Origin: Butyribacter sp.
GTDB lineage: Bacteria; Bacillota; Clostridia; Lachnospirales; Lachnospiraceae
Assembly (NCBI GenBank): GCA_050874945.1
Contig: JBNMLR010000001.1
Location: 1 to 36,017 of the forward strand
DNA length: 36,017 bases
Direction: 5' to 3'
Position 1 is the stretch's first letter. Every line of letters begins with the position of its first letter. Shown here in pieces: positions 1-9,640 of this stretch. Made by a program: the position numbers and the translations under genes. Under the pieces are notes generated by a model. That model was not told where the DNA came from and made no database searches. It saw only the letters and a list, made by a program, of their open reading frames with translations.

Positions 1-195
1 GCGTAGCATTTATTTCTTTTCCGCGAAATGCGCATCCTCACGGAGTGTTTTTAATGTTATAGTGAACGAGAAGTTGCCTATAACATTAAAAATAATCATC
101 AATATCTGAGCCAGCTCATTGTAATGTCGATTACTTTTTTATGGAAGAACAGCCTTTCATTTATGAATGTAATAAATCAAAGGCTGAACTGTTAC
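1..195. mobile_element. Partial MITE-like palindromic element (right end), same family as 11480..11663
   Basis: Ends in CTGAACTGTTAC (184-195). Positions ~115-195 align with the reverse complement of 11480..11663 with an internal deletion. Extra palindrome ttttaatgttatag...ctataacattaaaa at ~49-91. The left end lies outside the window. Confidence 0.65.
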
Positions 196-214
196 TTTAT
201 TAACCTAAGACTTT

Positions 215-242
215 GGGGAGGCATTTCTGCCTCCCCGTTTTA
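215..242. terminator. GC-rich hairpin next to the 3' end of the cpdB-like gene
   Basis: ggggaggca-tttc-tgcctcccc; the T-tract follows only on the + strand. Confidence 0.6.
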
Positions 243-246
243 TACA

Positions 247-3200
247 TTATCTGATAATCCTTAATTTACTCTGACTTGTTCCTGCACTGTTTGTGGCAAA
301 AGCTCTCAGATGTGTTCTGTACGGATATCTTCTAACCTTAAATATATAGCGGTATCTGTGCATTCTTCTGGAATAACCGCTGTCTCTTCTTCTGGTATAT
401 CTGTTTTTTCCAATTCTTAATACTACTCTCGGACACTTTTCCCTGGTAAGTACGATTATCTTTGTGGTTCTGCTCGTAAGTCTTCCATATATATTCGGTG
501 TGCTTGGTTTACTAAGTACAACCTTCCACTTACGCATCGCCTTTATTGATTTGCCATGCTCCGTCCTTATCGTAGCATAAATTCCTGTTCCGACAGCAAC
601 ACGCTTTTTCAATTTAAATTTAAAGTTGCCGTTTGAGCCTGTCTTTCTGACATATACTATACCATCCACAAACACATATACCGTAGCTCTGCCTTTAGCC
701 CATCTTCCCGTCACATAGGAACTCTTATTTGTCACTTTACCTATGTGAAGATTAGTATTTCTGTGCTTCTTGTAAACATCATATGCCGAGCTTACGGTCT
801 TACTCTTAGATACACCTGTTCTTACCTTGCCTTTTACCTTGTCCTGCGCATATATCGTGATAGTCTCCTTTGCGTGCAGTCTCGGTGATGTTATCCTGTA
901 ATAACCGTTTGCATCCGCCGTAGCTTTATAAGTTTTCTTACCACGCTTCAATATAACGGTACATTTTCCGCTGTCCGGCACTTTTCCGAATATATAACGG
1001 TCGGCACTTGAAACCGTGTAGATAGTCGGTTTATTCGGTGCGCTCTTTGAAACCTTTTTGTTCCTTACATGACTTACTCGTCCAAGTTTATCAACCGAAT
1101 ATACAGATACCTTTGTTCCTGAATACTGGTTAGGAATAGCTATCGTATAGTCTCCATTGCTTTTTATTACAACATTAACTTTCTTTATCTTAAGTTTCTT
1201 ATCGTAACCGTTACACTTCTTATAATAAGAAGAACCTATCGTCTTTGAGACATATACCTTATTGCCAATAACTGCATATACCTTTGTATTGCTGTCGTTT
1301 GTATTTCCTTTTATCTCATAACCGTTATTTTTAACAGATGTAATCTTAGGGCTGTTTGGTCCGTTTCTCTTGATGGTAACGCTCGTACTCTTGCTCTTGT
1401 CACCACTCTTATCGGAAACATATACCGTAATCTTTTTCCCCGCATTTTGAACCGGTATCTTAACAGTAAATTTTCCTTTGACATTTACTGATGCCTTATA
1501 AACTTTAGAACCAATCTTAACATTTGCCGTAAGATTTGGATATGCCGTTCCTGTAACTTCATCATCAAGATTTGTGACAGTTCCAACTACCGGTGCTATA
1601 AGTGAAGTTGGATAAATATTAGTAATTGCAACTTTCTGAATTACTGATTTTCCGTTTCCACTCTCAACATAAACTGAATAGACACCGTTTTCTGATACAT
1701 TAAATGTATCTGAGTCCATCGTTATCGCACCACCGCTTGCAGGTGTCAGATTCCATACCTCAGAATTCTTGTCATAGTCCCCTTTAACATACTTTTTGAC
1801 GGTTATTCCTGATTTTGCATTTGCCACAACTCTTACCGGAACACTGCTCTTTGTATCTGCCTTGCTTGTCTCCGATACGACAACTGACGGTATCATATCA
1901 TCCTGTCTATTTTGTACACCTGTATTACAATTATAATAATTGAAATAACCTATTGTATCATAAACACCTTTACACCAGTTCTTTGCAAGCAGCAGACTCT
2001 CACCTGACTTTCCACTTTCCATAAGGAATTTATAATTGTCCGGAAGATTAAGCTGCCAATTCTGTGAGATATTTAATTTAAGATCACTTATCTGTGCCTT
2101 TTCCTTCAGGTACTCTTCTATAACATCCTGAAGATTGTCATGTGAACTCTGTAGTATATTGTCATTTACGCCTGCATTTGCATCACACTGCATATGTGGT
2201 GTAATCTTGTCCGTCACAAGCACGATATTCTGGTCATCACTTATAGGATTGCCATTGTAGGTCATCGAAGTAATCCTGTTTGTGTCATTTAAATAACTTC
2301 CGTTCACATCATATCTCGGTGCAACACTTGGATCAATCGTATATTCTATACCGCTGCACTGAAAAAACTCACTCCAGTCGCCAAGATATGCTTCCTGTAC
2401 CAGCGAATTTCCACCGGTTTTATTTATATACTCTGACAATATGATATTGTTCCACTCAGTGTTCTTTGAGGTTTCCGTAGTCTGATATATAGATGCCGCC
2501 CACTCCAGCCATTCTTTAAGCTGTTTTCCGGTCATCGAATATATATATACATACCTGTGGTAGTTTGCAATAGTGTCAAGATTACCCTCCATCAGTTTGC
2601 CTGAAATATCAGCATAATCTCCTCCACTTTCTCCGCCGTACTTCGTATATCTCGCCAGCGAGACTATCGGCCAGTTTCCATACTTTGATTTATTAGCTTC
2701 AACAAACCGTGCGGCATAGTCAAGCTGTGCCTCGTGAACAGTCTGGATTATCTCGTTGCTCTCAAGCAGTGCTGAATAGTTATTCCATCTGTCTCCGTCT
2801 GCAATAGTTCCTATCTCCGTATTGCAATATGTCTTAAGAACACTATCCCATTTTGACATAGTCCCTGTAATAGCTTCATCACAAGAAGTGTCTTTCTTTG
2901 TTTTTCTTATCTCATACTTAGAGTCACCGACTACTATCTTTCCCGTTTCATCTCTCTTGAGATTTAAATCAACAACTCCGATGCCACGGCAACTGTCCTG
3001 AACCATGATAAGTCTTTTTCCGTTTACAAGACCTGTCTTAAGGTCAACATTTGGCAGTGAGTAATGTGCATCACTTGAAGATCCTGTCGGGAAGTCTATA
3101 TGTTCATGTCCGGCAAGCACTAAATCTATATCACTTACCGTTGTGAGCATATAAGCCATATCCCCGGCTTTTTTCTTCGGATTGTCCGTTCCGAAACCGG

Positions 3201-3990
3201 AATGAGCCAGTGCAATTACTATATCCGCCCCTTTTTTCTTAAGTGCAGCCGCCTGTTTCTTTGCATTTTCGAGTATGTCCTCCGTCACAAGTTTTCCTTT
3301 ATACTTCTCTGTCTTGCTTGAAAGCGACGGTACTGTTTCACCCAATATACCGACTTTTACAGTCATTACCTGACCTTCATCATTGGTAATGTTTTTTTCG
3401 ATTATCTTATTCTCAACACCGAATATACTCTTATTATCCGCTGCACTGTAAACATTTGATAACACACAGGATTTTTCAAGTCCTGATGTTTCAAGCTGAT
3501 TTACCAGATAATCATATCCGTAGTCAAAATCATGGTTTCCAAGCGTGATGGCATCATAACCTATCATTGTCATAGCATTATAAACCGGCTGCAATGCCTC
3601 CGGCTCATGATTATATATGTAATCTGTAGTAAAATCATACACGCTGTCACCGAGGTCAAATGTAAGATAATTTCCTGATCCAGCCTCATTTCTCGCCTTT
3701 TTAACCAGCGTATATGCCTTATTAAGACCTCTGTTCACTTCCTTCGCCGACTGATAATCATAATTGACCACCTGACCATGAATGTCTGTAGTAAATATAA
3801 CTCTCATATCAGCATCCATAGCTGCCGCAGATGCATTGTTGGTCGGTTCCGGACTACTTGCCAGAACTATATCAGCAGCCTTTGCTTTCTTTGTCATTCC
3901 CGATATACTGTTACTTAAAGCTGTAACATTCATTGACGTTATTGAAATTGCAAAACTTAAAAATAAGCTTATTTGTTTTCTCAACCTCAT
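247..3990 (-). CDS. cpdB: Secreted bifunctional 2',3'-cyclic-nucleotide 2'-phosphodiesterase/nucleotidase (CpdB-like) with C-terminal Ig-like repeats
   Basis: Signal peptide. Calcineurin-like motifs TTDIHG, DLGD, GNHDFDYG, AHSG, AGHEH. 5'-nucleotidase C-domain (MTGKQLKEWLE, GIEYTID). Repeated bacterial-Ig-like units (VTGTA..G.F.V.IP.Q.AG..I.V). RBS GAGG. Confidence 0.8.
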   Translation of the reverse strand: MRLRKQISLFLSFAISITSMNVTALSNSISGMTKKAKAADIVLASSPEPTNNASAAAMDADMRVIFTTDIHGQVVNYDYQSAKEVNRGLNKAYTLVKKARNEAGSGNYLTFDLGDSVYDFTTDYIYNHEPEALQPVYNAMTMIGYDAITLGNHDFDYGYDYLVNQLETSGLEKSCVLSNVYSAADNKSIFGVENKIIEKNITNDEGQVMTVKVGILGETVPSLSSKTEKYKGKLVTEDILENAKKQAAALKKKGADIVIALAHSGFGTDNPKKKAGDMAYMLTTVSDIDLVLAGHEHIDFPTGSSSDAHYSLPNVDLKTGLVNGKRLIMVQDSCRGIGVVDLNLKRDETGKIVVGDSKYEIRKTKKDTSCDEAITGTMSKWDSVLKTYCNTEIGTIADGDRWNNYSALLESNEIIQTVHEAQLDYAARFVEANKSKYGNWPIVSLARYTKYGGESGGDYADISGKLMEGNLDTIANYHRYVYIYSMTGKQLKEWLEWAASIYQTTETSKNTEWNNIILSEYINKTGGNSLVQEAYLGDWSEFFQCSGIEYTIDPSVAPRYDVNGSYLNDTNRITSMTYNGNPISDDQNIVLVTDKITPHMQCDANAGVNDNILQSSHDNLQDVIEEYLKEKAQISDLKLNISQNWQLNLPDNYKFLMESGKSGESLLLAKNWCKGVYDTIGYFNYYNCNTGVQNRQDDMIPSVVVSETSKADTKSSVPVRVVANAKSGITVKKYVKGDYDKNSEVWNLTPASGGAITMDSDTFNVSENGVYSVYVESGNGKSVIQKVAITNIYPTSLIAPVVGTVTNLDDEVTGTAYPNLTANVKIGSKVYKASVNVKGKFTVKIPVQNAGKKITVYVSDKSGDKSKSTSVTIKRNGPNSPKITSVKNNGYEIKGNTNDSNTKVYAVIGNKVYVSKTIGSSYYKKCNGYDKKLKIKKVNVVIKSNGDYTIAIPNQYSGTKVSVYSVDKLGRVSHVRNKKVSKSAPNKPTIYTVSSADRYIFGKVPDSGKCTVILKRGKKTYKATADANGYYRITSPRLHAKETITIYAQDKVKGKVRTGVSKSKTVSSAYDVYKKHRNTNLHIGKVTNKSSYVTGRWAKGRATVYVFVDGIVYVRKTGSNGNFKFKLKKRVAVGTGIYATIRTEHGKSIKAMRKWKVVLSKPSTPNIYGRLTSRTTKIIVLTREKCPRVVLRIGKNRYTRRRDSGYSRRMHRYRYIFKVRRYPYRTHLRAFATNSAGTSQSKLRIIR

Positions 3991-4111
3991 AAATTACCTC
4001 TTTCTTATCCTGTTTTCACCCTATTTTTCCATATTACTGCACATTTGTGTTAATAATGTGTTACCATATATTTCCGGATTGCCCCAAACTGACGGCAATC
4101 ACACCTTTGTT

Positions 4112-4159
4112 AAACTTAAATTCGCAGCGTCCGATATAACAACTACGGGCGCTGCGAAT
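4112..4159 (-). terminator. Probable terminator after the tagF-like gene
   Basis: 14-bp stem attcgcagcgtccg / cgggcgctgcgaat, followed by ttaagttt on the minus strand. Confidence 0.6.
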
Positions 4160-4171
4160 ATTTTAACAGTA

Positions 4172-7100
4172 TTAATATCCTTTACTCTTAAGATAGATAT
4201 AAGTACGCTCACTGTTCTTATCATCTATATACTCAAAGTAATGATGGTGATTTTTCTCATCATCCGGCAGAAGTGCAAAATCTTTATTTATGCAGTCTTC
4301 TATATTATCTATAAGCTCCTCTTTCTCATATGCGTGTCTTCCAAACAATTCATGTTCCATATCAATATAGCTTCCATGAGCGTTATTGTAATGGTCAAGG
4401 TCAAACTGATAGAAAATTACCGGTTTCTTCTGATAATAAACATCCCAGCATACACTTGAATAATCTGTTATAAGCAAATGACATTTTTTCATAATCTCAT
4501 TTAATGGCTCCTGTCCAAATGGAACCAATGTTATTCTCTCACCCGTTTTTTTGAAGTTCTTAAGGTATCCTGCAAACTTTGGATGAATGTAGAATATCAT
4601 CCTTGCATTATTCTTCTCTAATATACTGTCGAGTCGCTCGCTCTGAAGAAGACTTGAGTAATTTTTGTGATATTCACTCTTTAAGAAATCTTCATCGCTT
4701 ACCTCCTCAAGCCATGAACGCCATGTCGGCATAAGAAGTATAAGTTTATCATCTTTTGTCGAAGTATCCTCAAGAACATCCCATCTTGTAAATCCCGTAA
4801 TAGGCGATTTTGCCTCGGAATAATCAAGATATTTTACTACTATATCCTGCTCAAACTGTGAAGTTGTCGCAAAATAGGTCATAGGACTGCTTCCCTTTCT
4901 TCCAAACAGTGGTCCGACCTGTTTAAGAGCCGTAACTCCATGCTGGAGGAAGAATATAGGTCGTTTGTCAATCTTTGACCTGATAAGACTCGTCTTACAT
5001 CTCCATGCGTAAAGATGCGTTCTGGAGTCCGATGCAACATACAATACGGCGGCGAGCACATATAAAACGTGCTTCAAACTCATAAACTGTATTATATGGT
5101 CATCATATTCCTTAATCTTTTCATAATCAGGAGCTTTCTTATCTATTACATAATAAATATTTTTCTTCTCCTCATCCGAGAGATTTTCCATACAATATTT
5201 AAAGAAATAATATCCGTTGTCCTGTGCCATCGAACAGAATTTCTCATATACAAGCCATATCTTCTTTCTCTTTAAGAAAGGCTTAAACAGGACATATATT
5301 CCGCTCGCAACTATCTCTTTAACTTTCGTTGAATAAGCATCGTATTCTGAGTCCTGACGGTAAAGGAACGCAAGACATCCTCCCTTTGTGTAATAAGGGA
5401 ATGTCATATGCCCCTCACCTGCCGAATACTGTCTGTTTGTGATATAAAATTTATCTTTCCAGTAATTGTTTACAAATCTTGCTCTTATCTCATTTTCAAA
5501 GCCATGTTTATCCGCAAGTATTCTTAAGTCCCAATAAAGCTCTCTTAAGTTCATCTCATCAAAATTGATGTATGCGGTAATGAAATAGTGAACATCATTT
5601 TCTCTTATATCGTATTTGACCGGAATATCATAGGTAAGTGCACTTCTGTATCTTAGCACGACATCCTTAATCTTAAGACCGTCCTGCTTTCTCATCTTCA
5701 TATATACGGTACAGGTGTTTTTGCTGGACTTAATCTTTTTAATTTTTGCCTGTGTGTACTCATCAACAATCTTCTCCGGTCTGCGGAGCGTGATTGAAAT
5801 CGTTCTGTCTCCGTTTCTTGAATATGGGATAACAGCTACTTTTCCCTCTTCATAGAAGCGTATGCTGTCCGGATCTCCGACTTTTTCTATAATACACGGA
5901 GCAAGATATGCCTCCGGCTTATCATATTTTTCGGCTCCTGCATCTGCTTTTTTAGCAAGTTCAGGACAATAGAATGTTCCGATAAATTTTTCTTCGGACT
6001 CCATGTCCACAAATTCGGCTGCAAGCTGGTATCTTCCAACCGGTGACATTTTTTCATTCCATCTTTTAAAATCTTCGTGGATAACTCCACTCTTTCTCTC
6101 CTCATCTGAAAGTTCCCTCATACACAGGATAGAGTAATCTTTCTCAAGAAGCATAAAGCTGAGTGGCACAAAACGCTCTTTATTTCTCACGGTTAATGTA
6201 ATTCCGTTTACACCACTCTCTATATCTGGCTCAACCGGTATTCTCTGAGTATTTCTTGTACCACAGCCCTCCGCTGCAATATAAAACTCTCTGAGATACG
6301 GTGTCTGAACCTTTAAGTTAGGAAAAGTTCTCTTAAGCTCTCTCTCCTGCAGTCTTGCAATAACAGATTTAACACCAAGCTTATACAAAAACTCTTCCCA
6401 GTAGGTTCTCGGTGTTGTATTTGTGATTATGACATAATCAAAGTCATAATTGTAATCATCATACAGTATGCAGCTGACCTTTTTTCTGAACCACTTCTTC
6501 TCAAACTGGACAATATCGTTATCCTTTGAAAACTGTTTGATAACTTCAAAATCACCCTTTGTCGCTGCTTTCTGAGGATGTATGATTCTTCTCGGTTTCT
6601 GTCTGTTCTCTGAATAATCCTCAACTACCATGCCATCTTCCTTGCCGTATAATACAAGGTCGAGCATTTTAGCAGGTGCATCAAGTGAATCATATTTGAT
6701 GAACTTCTCACAGTAATCTCCATCATCATAGCTTGCACCGAGTATCTTTTCAGATACAAGCCAGTCTGTCAGTTCCTCAAGCTTATAAAGCTTCACAAAA
6801 GGAAGTTCTTTTATATCAAAGTAAGTTCCTCTGTCTGACATATATTTATCATAGTCATACATATAGAGGATAATAGGTTTTCTCGTAACTGAAAAATCAA
6901 AGAATACACTTGAATAATCCGTTATAAGTGCATCAACACTATTTAAAAATTCGTATTTATCAACCTCAGCCGGAAAGCTCTTAATATGTTTATAATCCCC
7001 AAGCTGTATGCTGTTTTTTAGTATCGGATGGAAGTTTACATATAAAATCTGGTTATCCTTGAGATTTTTATCAAGGTGCTGCATCATCTTTGTAACTTCT

Positions 7101-7867
7101 CTGCCGTAGGCATTCTGATTTACTGAATGATTGCTCGTACCACGCCATGTAGGCATATATGCATATACGACCTTATCCTCAAGACCAAGCTGCTTTCTAA
7201 CCTCTTTCGCCTTTTCCTTATCCATAAAGATACTGTTTCTCGGATAACCGCTGAGTGCAACTTTTCCCGTATATAAAGGATTGAGGTTGTAATCCTCCAT
7301 AATCGCATTTTTGGTGAACTCATTTGGATGCATAAGATAAGTAGCCTGCAAAAAGTTATGCTGGACATTATACATTGATTCGATACCCTTACGCATCTGC
7401 TTTCCAAGAGTCTTTAATGGTGTTCCGTGCCAGGTCTGAAGATAAACCTGCTCATCCTTTTTTATAAAATATACCGGAAACGAACTGTTATTAATAAGAT
7501 ATTTTGCTGTTGCAAGTACCTTTAAATATTTATAAGAAGTGATACTTACAAGTTTAACCGGAATGTTATTTGCTTCAATAAATTTCTTGTGTGTCTCATA
7601 GTCCTGTGGATTTGTACTATAATAAATCTCATATTTGTCCGCATCTTCTCTCGATAAAAGTTCCTTTAAAATATAAAACGGAGAATCTGAGATTGTCGAA
7701 CCATGAAACGACTCAAACAATATCCTGTTCTCCACAACAGGACAGTGCTTATAATAGCTGCCATAAAAAAACTTCATTTTTGGTGCTCTTTTCAGTATTC
7801 TTCTGGCATTATTTTTCAACACATGGTAACCGCTTACCATTTTTGCCCTCACCTTATTTATAAACAT
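4172..7867 (-). CDS. tagF: CDP-glycerol glycerophosphotransferase family protein with two catalytic domains (TagF-like)
   Basis: N-domain: FESFHG, QTWHGTPLK, GYPRN, YMPTWRG, LITDYSSVFFDF. C-domain: FLQHGV, TGFTRWD, LMPTWR, LITDYSSVCWD. Lies directly downstream of tagD. Confidence 0.85.
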   Translation of the reverse strand: MFINKVRAKMVSGYHVLKNNARRILKRAPKMKFFYGSYYKHCPVVENRILFESFHGSTISDSPFYILKELLSREDADKYEIYYSTNPQDYETHKKFIEANNIPVKLVSITSYKYLKVLATAKYLINNSSFPVYFIKKDEQVYLQTWHGTPLKTLGKQMRKGIESMYNVQHNFLQATYLMHPNEFTKNAIMEDYNLNPLYTGKVALSGYPRNSIFMDKEKAKEVRKQLGLEDKVVYAYMPTWRGTSNHSVNQNAYGREVTKMMQHLDKNLKDNQILYVNFHPILKNSIQLGDYKHIKSFPAEVDKYEFLNSVDALITDYSSVFFDFSVTRKPIILYMYDYDKYMSDRGTYFDIKELPFVKLYKLEELTDWLVSEKILGASYDDGDYCEKFIKYDSLDAPAKMLDLVLYGKEDGMVVEDYSENRQKPRRIIHPQKAATKGDFEVIKQFSKDNDIVQFEKKWFRKKVSCILYDDYNYDFDYVIITNTTPRTYWEEFLYKLGVKSVIARLQERELKRTFPNLKVQTPYLREFYIAAEGCGTRNTQRIPVEPDIESGVNGITLTVRNKERFVPLSFMLLEKDYSILCMRELSDEERKSGVIHEDFKRWNEKMSPVGRYQLAAEFVDMESEEKFIGTFYCPELAKKADAGAEKYDKPEAYLAPCIIEKVGDPDSIRFYEEGKVAVIPYSRNGDRTISITLRRPEKIVDEYTQAKIKKIKSSKNTCTVYMKMRKQDGLKIKDVVLRYRSALTYDIPVKYDIRENDVHYFITAYINFDEMNLRELYWDLRILADKHGFENEIRARFVNNYWKDKFYITNRQYSAGEGHMTFPYYTKGGCLAFLYRQDSEYDAYSTKVKEIVASGIYVLFKPFLKRKKIWLVYEKFCSMAQDNGYYFFKYCMENLSDEEKKNIYYVIDKKAPDYEKIKEYDDHIIQFMSLKHVLYVLAAVLYVASDSRTHLYAWRCKTSLIRSKIDKRPIFFLQHGVTALKQVGPLFGRKGSSPMTYFATTSQFEQDIVVKYLDYSEAKSPITGFTRWDVLEDTSTKDDKLILLMPTWRSWLEEVSDEDFLKSEYHKNYSSLLQSERLDSILEKNNARMIFYIHPKFAGYLKNFKKTGERITLVPFGQEPLNEIMKKCHLLITDYSSVCWDVYYQKKPVIFYQFDLDHYNNAHGSYIDMEHELFGRHAYEKEELIDNIEDCINKDFALLPDDEKNHHHYFEYIDDKNSERTYIYLKSKGY

Positions 7868-7929
7868 CTTAAAAAATCCTTTCTAAACACTTGTAAGGGA
7901 CTGTCGTCACCAACAGTCCCACCTTTTAA

Positions 7930-7965
7930 GTCAGGCGGATATTCACAATCCGCTCTGCTGCTTAC
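7930..7965. repeat. Dispersed palindromic repeat, family A copy 1
   Basis: gtcaggcggatattcacaatccgctctgctgc; matches copies at 13818, 28608 and 32254. Confidence 0.7.
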
Positions 7966-8007
7966 TCATAACACTATTAGACAATAGTGTTGAAATATTC
8001 AGGTTTA

Positions 8008-8415
8008 TCAGTCCTCTTTTTTCTGACCGCTAATACCTAAATCTTTTTTTATCTTTGATGTAGAAATTCCTTCTGTTCGTGGCAGGTACACAACCTCACA
8101 ATAATCCTTAAGGAAATCAAACTTGCCTTCCCAGTCATGTCCCATAACGAATACATCTATATCATTATCTACAACATCTGAAATTTTCTGTTCCCATGTA
8201 TTTTCAGGAATAACTTTATCGACATATCTTATTGCTTCAAGAATCTGCTTTCTGTCCTCATATGAGTAATATGCCTTTTTATTCTTTATGGCATTGAACT
8301 CGTCTGTTGAAAGTACAACGATAAGATAATCGCCAAGCTCTTTCGCTCTTCTTAATATGTTTATATGCCCTACATGAAGCAGGTCAAAAGTTCCGTATGT
8401 TATTACTTTTTTCAT
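8008..8415 (-). CDS. tagD: Glycerol-3-phosphate cytidylyltransferase
   Basis: TYGTFDLLHVGH, MGHDWEGKFDFL and RTEGISTS signatures. Confidence 0.97.
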   Translation of the reverse strand: MKKVITYGTFDLLHVGHINILRRAKELGDYLIVVLSTDEFNAIKNKKAYYSYEDRKQILEAIRYVDKVIPENTWEQKISDVVDNDIDVFVMGHDWEGKFDFLKDYCEVVYLPRTEGISTSKIKKDLGISGQKKED

Positions 8416-8464
8416 CTTTACCCTCCAGTATGATACAGTTGTAAAACATCCATATTTTTTTATA

Positions 8465-9517
8465 CTATACTATTTTCTTTAACTCGTCAATGAATTTTTC
8501 CATCTCAGCCCTTGTTCCTATTGATATACGAAGATAGTTTCTTATGCGTTCACTCGAAAAATGTCTTACAAAAATATGTTTTTCACGAAGTTTTTCAAAA
8601 ATCACTTCGGCATCCACTGTACTGTGTTTTGCAAAGATAAAGTTTGTCTTTGAGTCGCCAAAAGTAAAACCGAGTGCTTTAAGCTCTCTTTTAGTCCACT
8701 CTCTTGTCTCGATTATCTGATTTTTGGTTGCCTGGAAATAATCCTCATCCTCAATAGCCGCAACACCCAAAGCAACAGAAAGTCTTGTCATTGGATAACT
8801 GTTATATGAAAATCTCACATCATTCATAGCCCTGATAAGTTCAGGATTGCCCATCGCATAGCCTATTCTCATGCCTGCCATTGAGCGTGACTTTGAAAAA
8901 GTCTGAACAATAAGCACATTATCGTACTCTTTTGTCAAATATAAGGCAGACTCTCCGCAAAAATCAACATACGCTTCATCTATGATAACAACAACATCAC
9001 GATTATGTTCTATAACATCTCTCAGGAAACTCTCATTCTGCACGATACCCGTTGGCGCATTTGGATTTGCGATAACAACTCCTCCGTTTTCCTTATAGTA
9101 ATCTGCTGCCACAAGATTGAAATCGTCATCAAGAGCCGGTCTTTCAAACGGAATATTAAAAAGTGTTGCCCACACATCATAAAATGAATATGTTATATCC
9201 GGGAAAAGTATCGGCTTCTTACTGTTAAAAAAGGTCATAAACGCTATCGCAAGCACATCATCAGAACCCACACCGACAAACACCTGGTCTGCACCCATCT
9301 CATATCTTTTTGCTATCGCATTTACGAGAAGTGACGAATCAGGATCAGGGTAAAGCCTGAGTGTATCAAGTGCAAAATTTGCCAGCACATCCCTTGCCTT
9401 AGGTGATGGTGGATATGGATTTTCGTTAGTGTTTAACTTTATCATATCGCTAAGCTGTGGCTGTTCTCCCGGTACGTATGGGTCTATAGTTCTTAAATTA
9501 TCTTTCCAACTGCTCAT
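8465..9517 (-). CDS. hisC: Histidinol-phosphate transaminase
   Basis: KLNTNENPYPPSP, NPNAPTG, DEAYVDF, and TFSKSRSMAGMRIG (PLP lysine). Confidence 0.93.
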   Translation of the reverse strand: MSSWKDNLRTIDPYVPGEQPQLSDMIKLNTNENPYPPSPKARDVLANFALDTLRLYPDPDSSLLVNAIAKRYEMGADQVFVGVGSDDVLAIAFMTFFNSKKPILFPDITYSFYDVWATLFNIPFERPALDDDFNLVAADYYKENGGVVIANPNAPTGIVQNESFLRDVIEHNRDVVVIIDEAYVDFCGESALYLTKEYDNVLIVQTFSKSRSMAGMRIGYAMGNPELIRAMNDVRFSYNSYPMTRLSVALGVAAIEDEDYFQATKNQIIETREWTKRELKALGFTFGDSKTNFIFAKHSTVDAEVIFEKLREKHIFVRHFSSERIRNYLRISIGTRAEMEKFIDELKKIV

Positions 9518-9640
9518 GGGTAATCCTCCGTCTGATTTACTGTCTTATCGGCTTTTTGCCGTCATTTTTATGTATTATTTTCAGTTGCTCATTCTGCTTT
9601 TATTTGTTTTTGACTTTGTTTTTATTTTTCAGCGGCTTAT

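Noticed and set aside
3991-4110. Riboswitch in the cpdB leader (hairpin gattgcc...ggcaatc)
   Set aside because: I could not match the conserved core of any riboswitch class; an Rfam scan would be needed.
3782-4459. 225-aa plus-strand ORF and other long antisense ORFs (14115..14930, 30316..30957, 10428..10865, 34596..34910)
   Set aside because: They shadow well-supported minus-strand genes and show no recognisable motifs.
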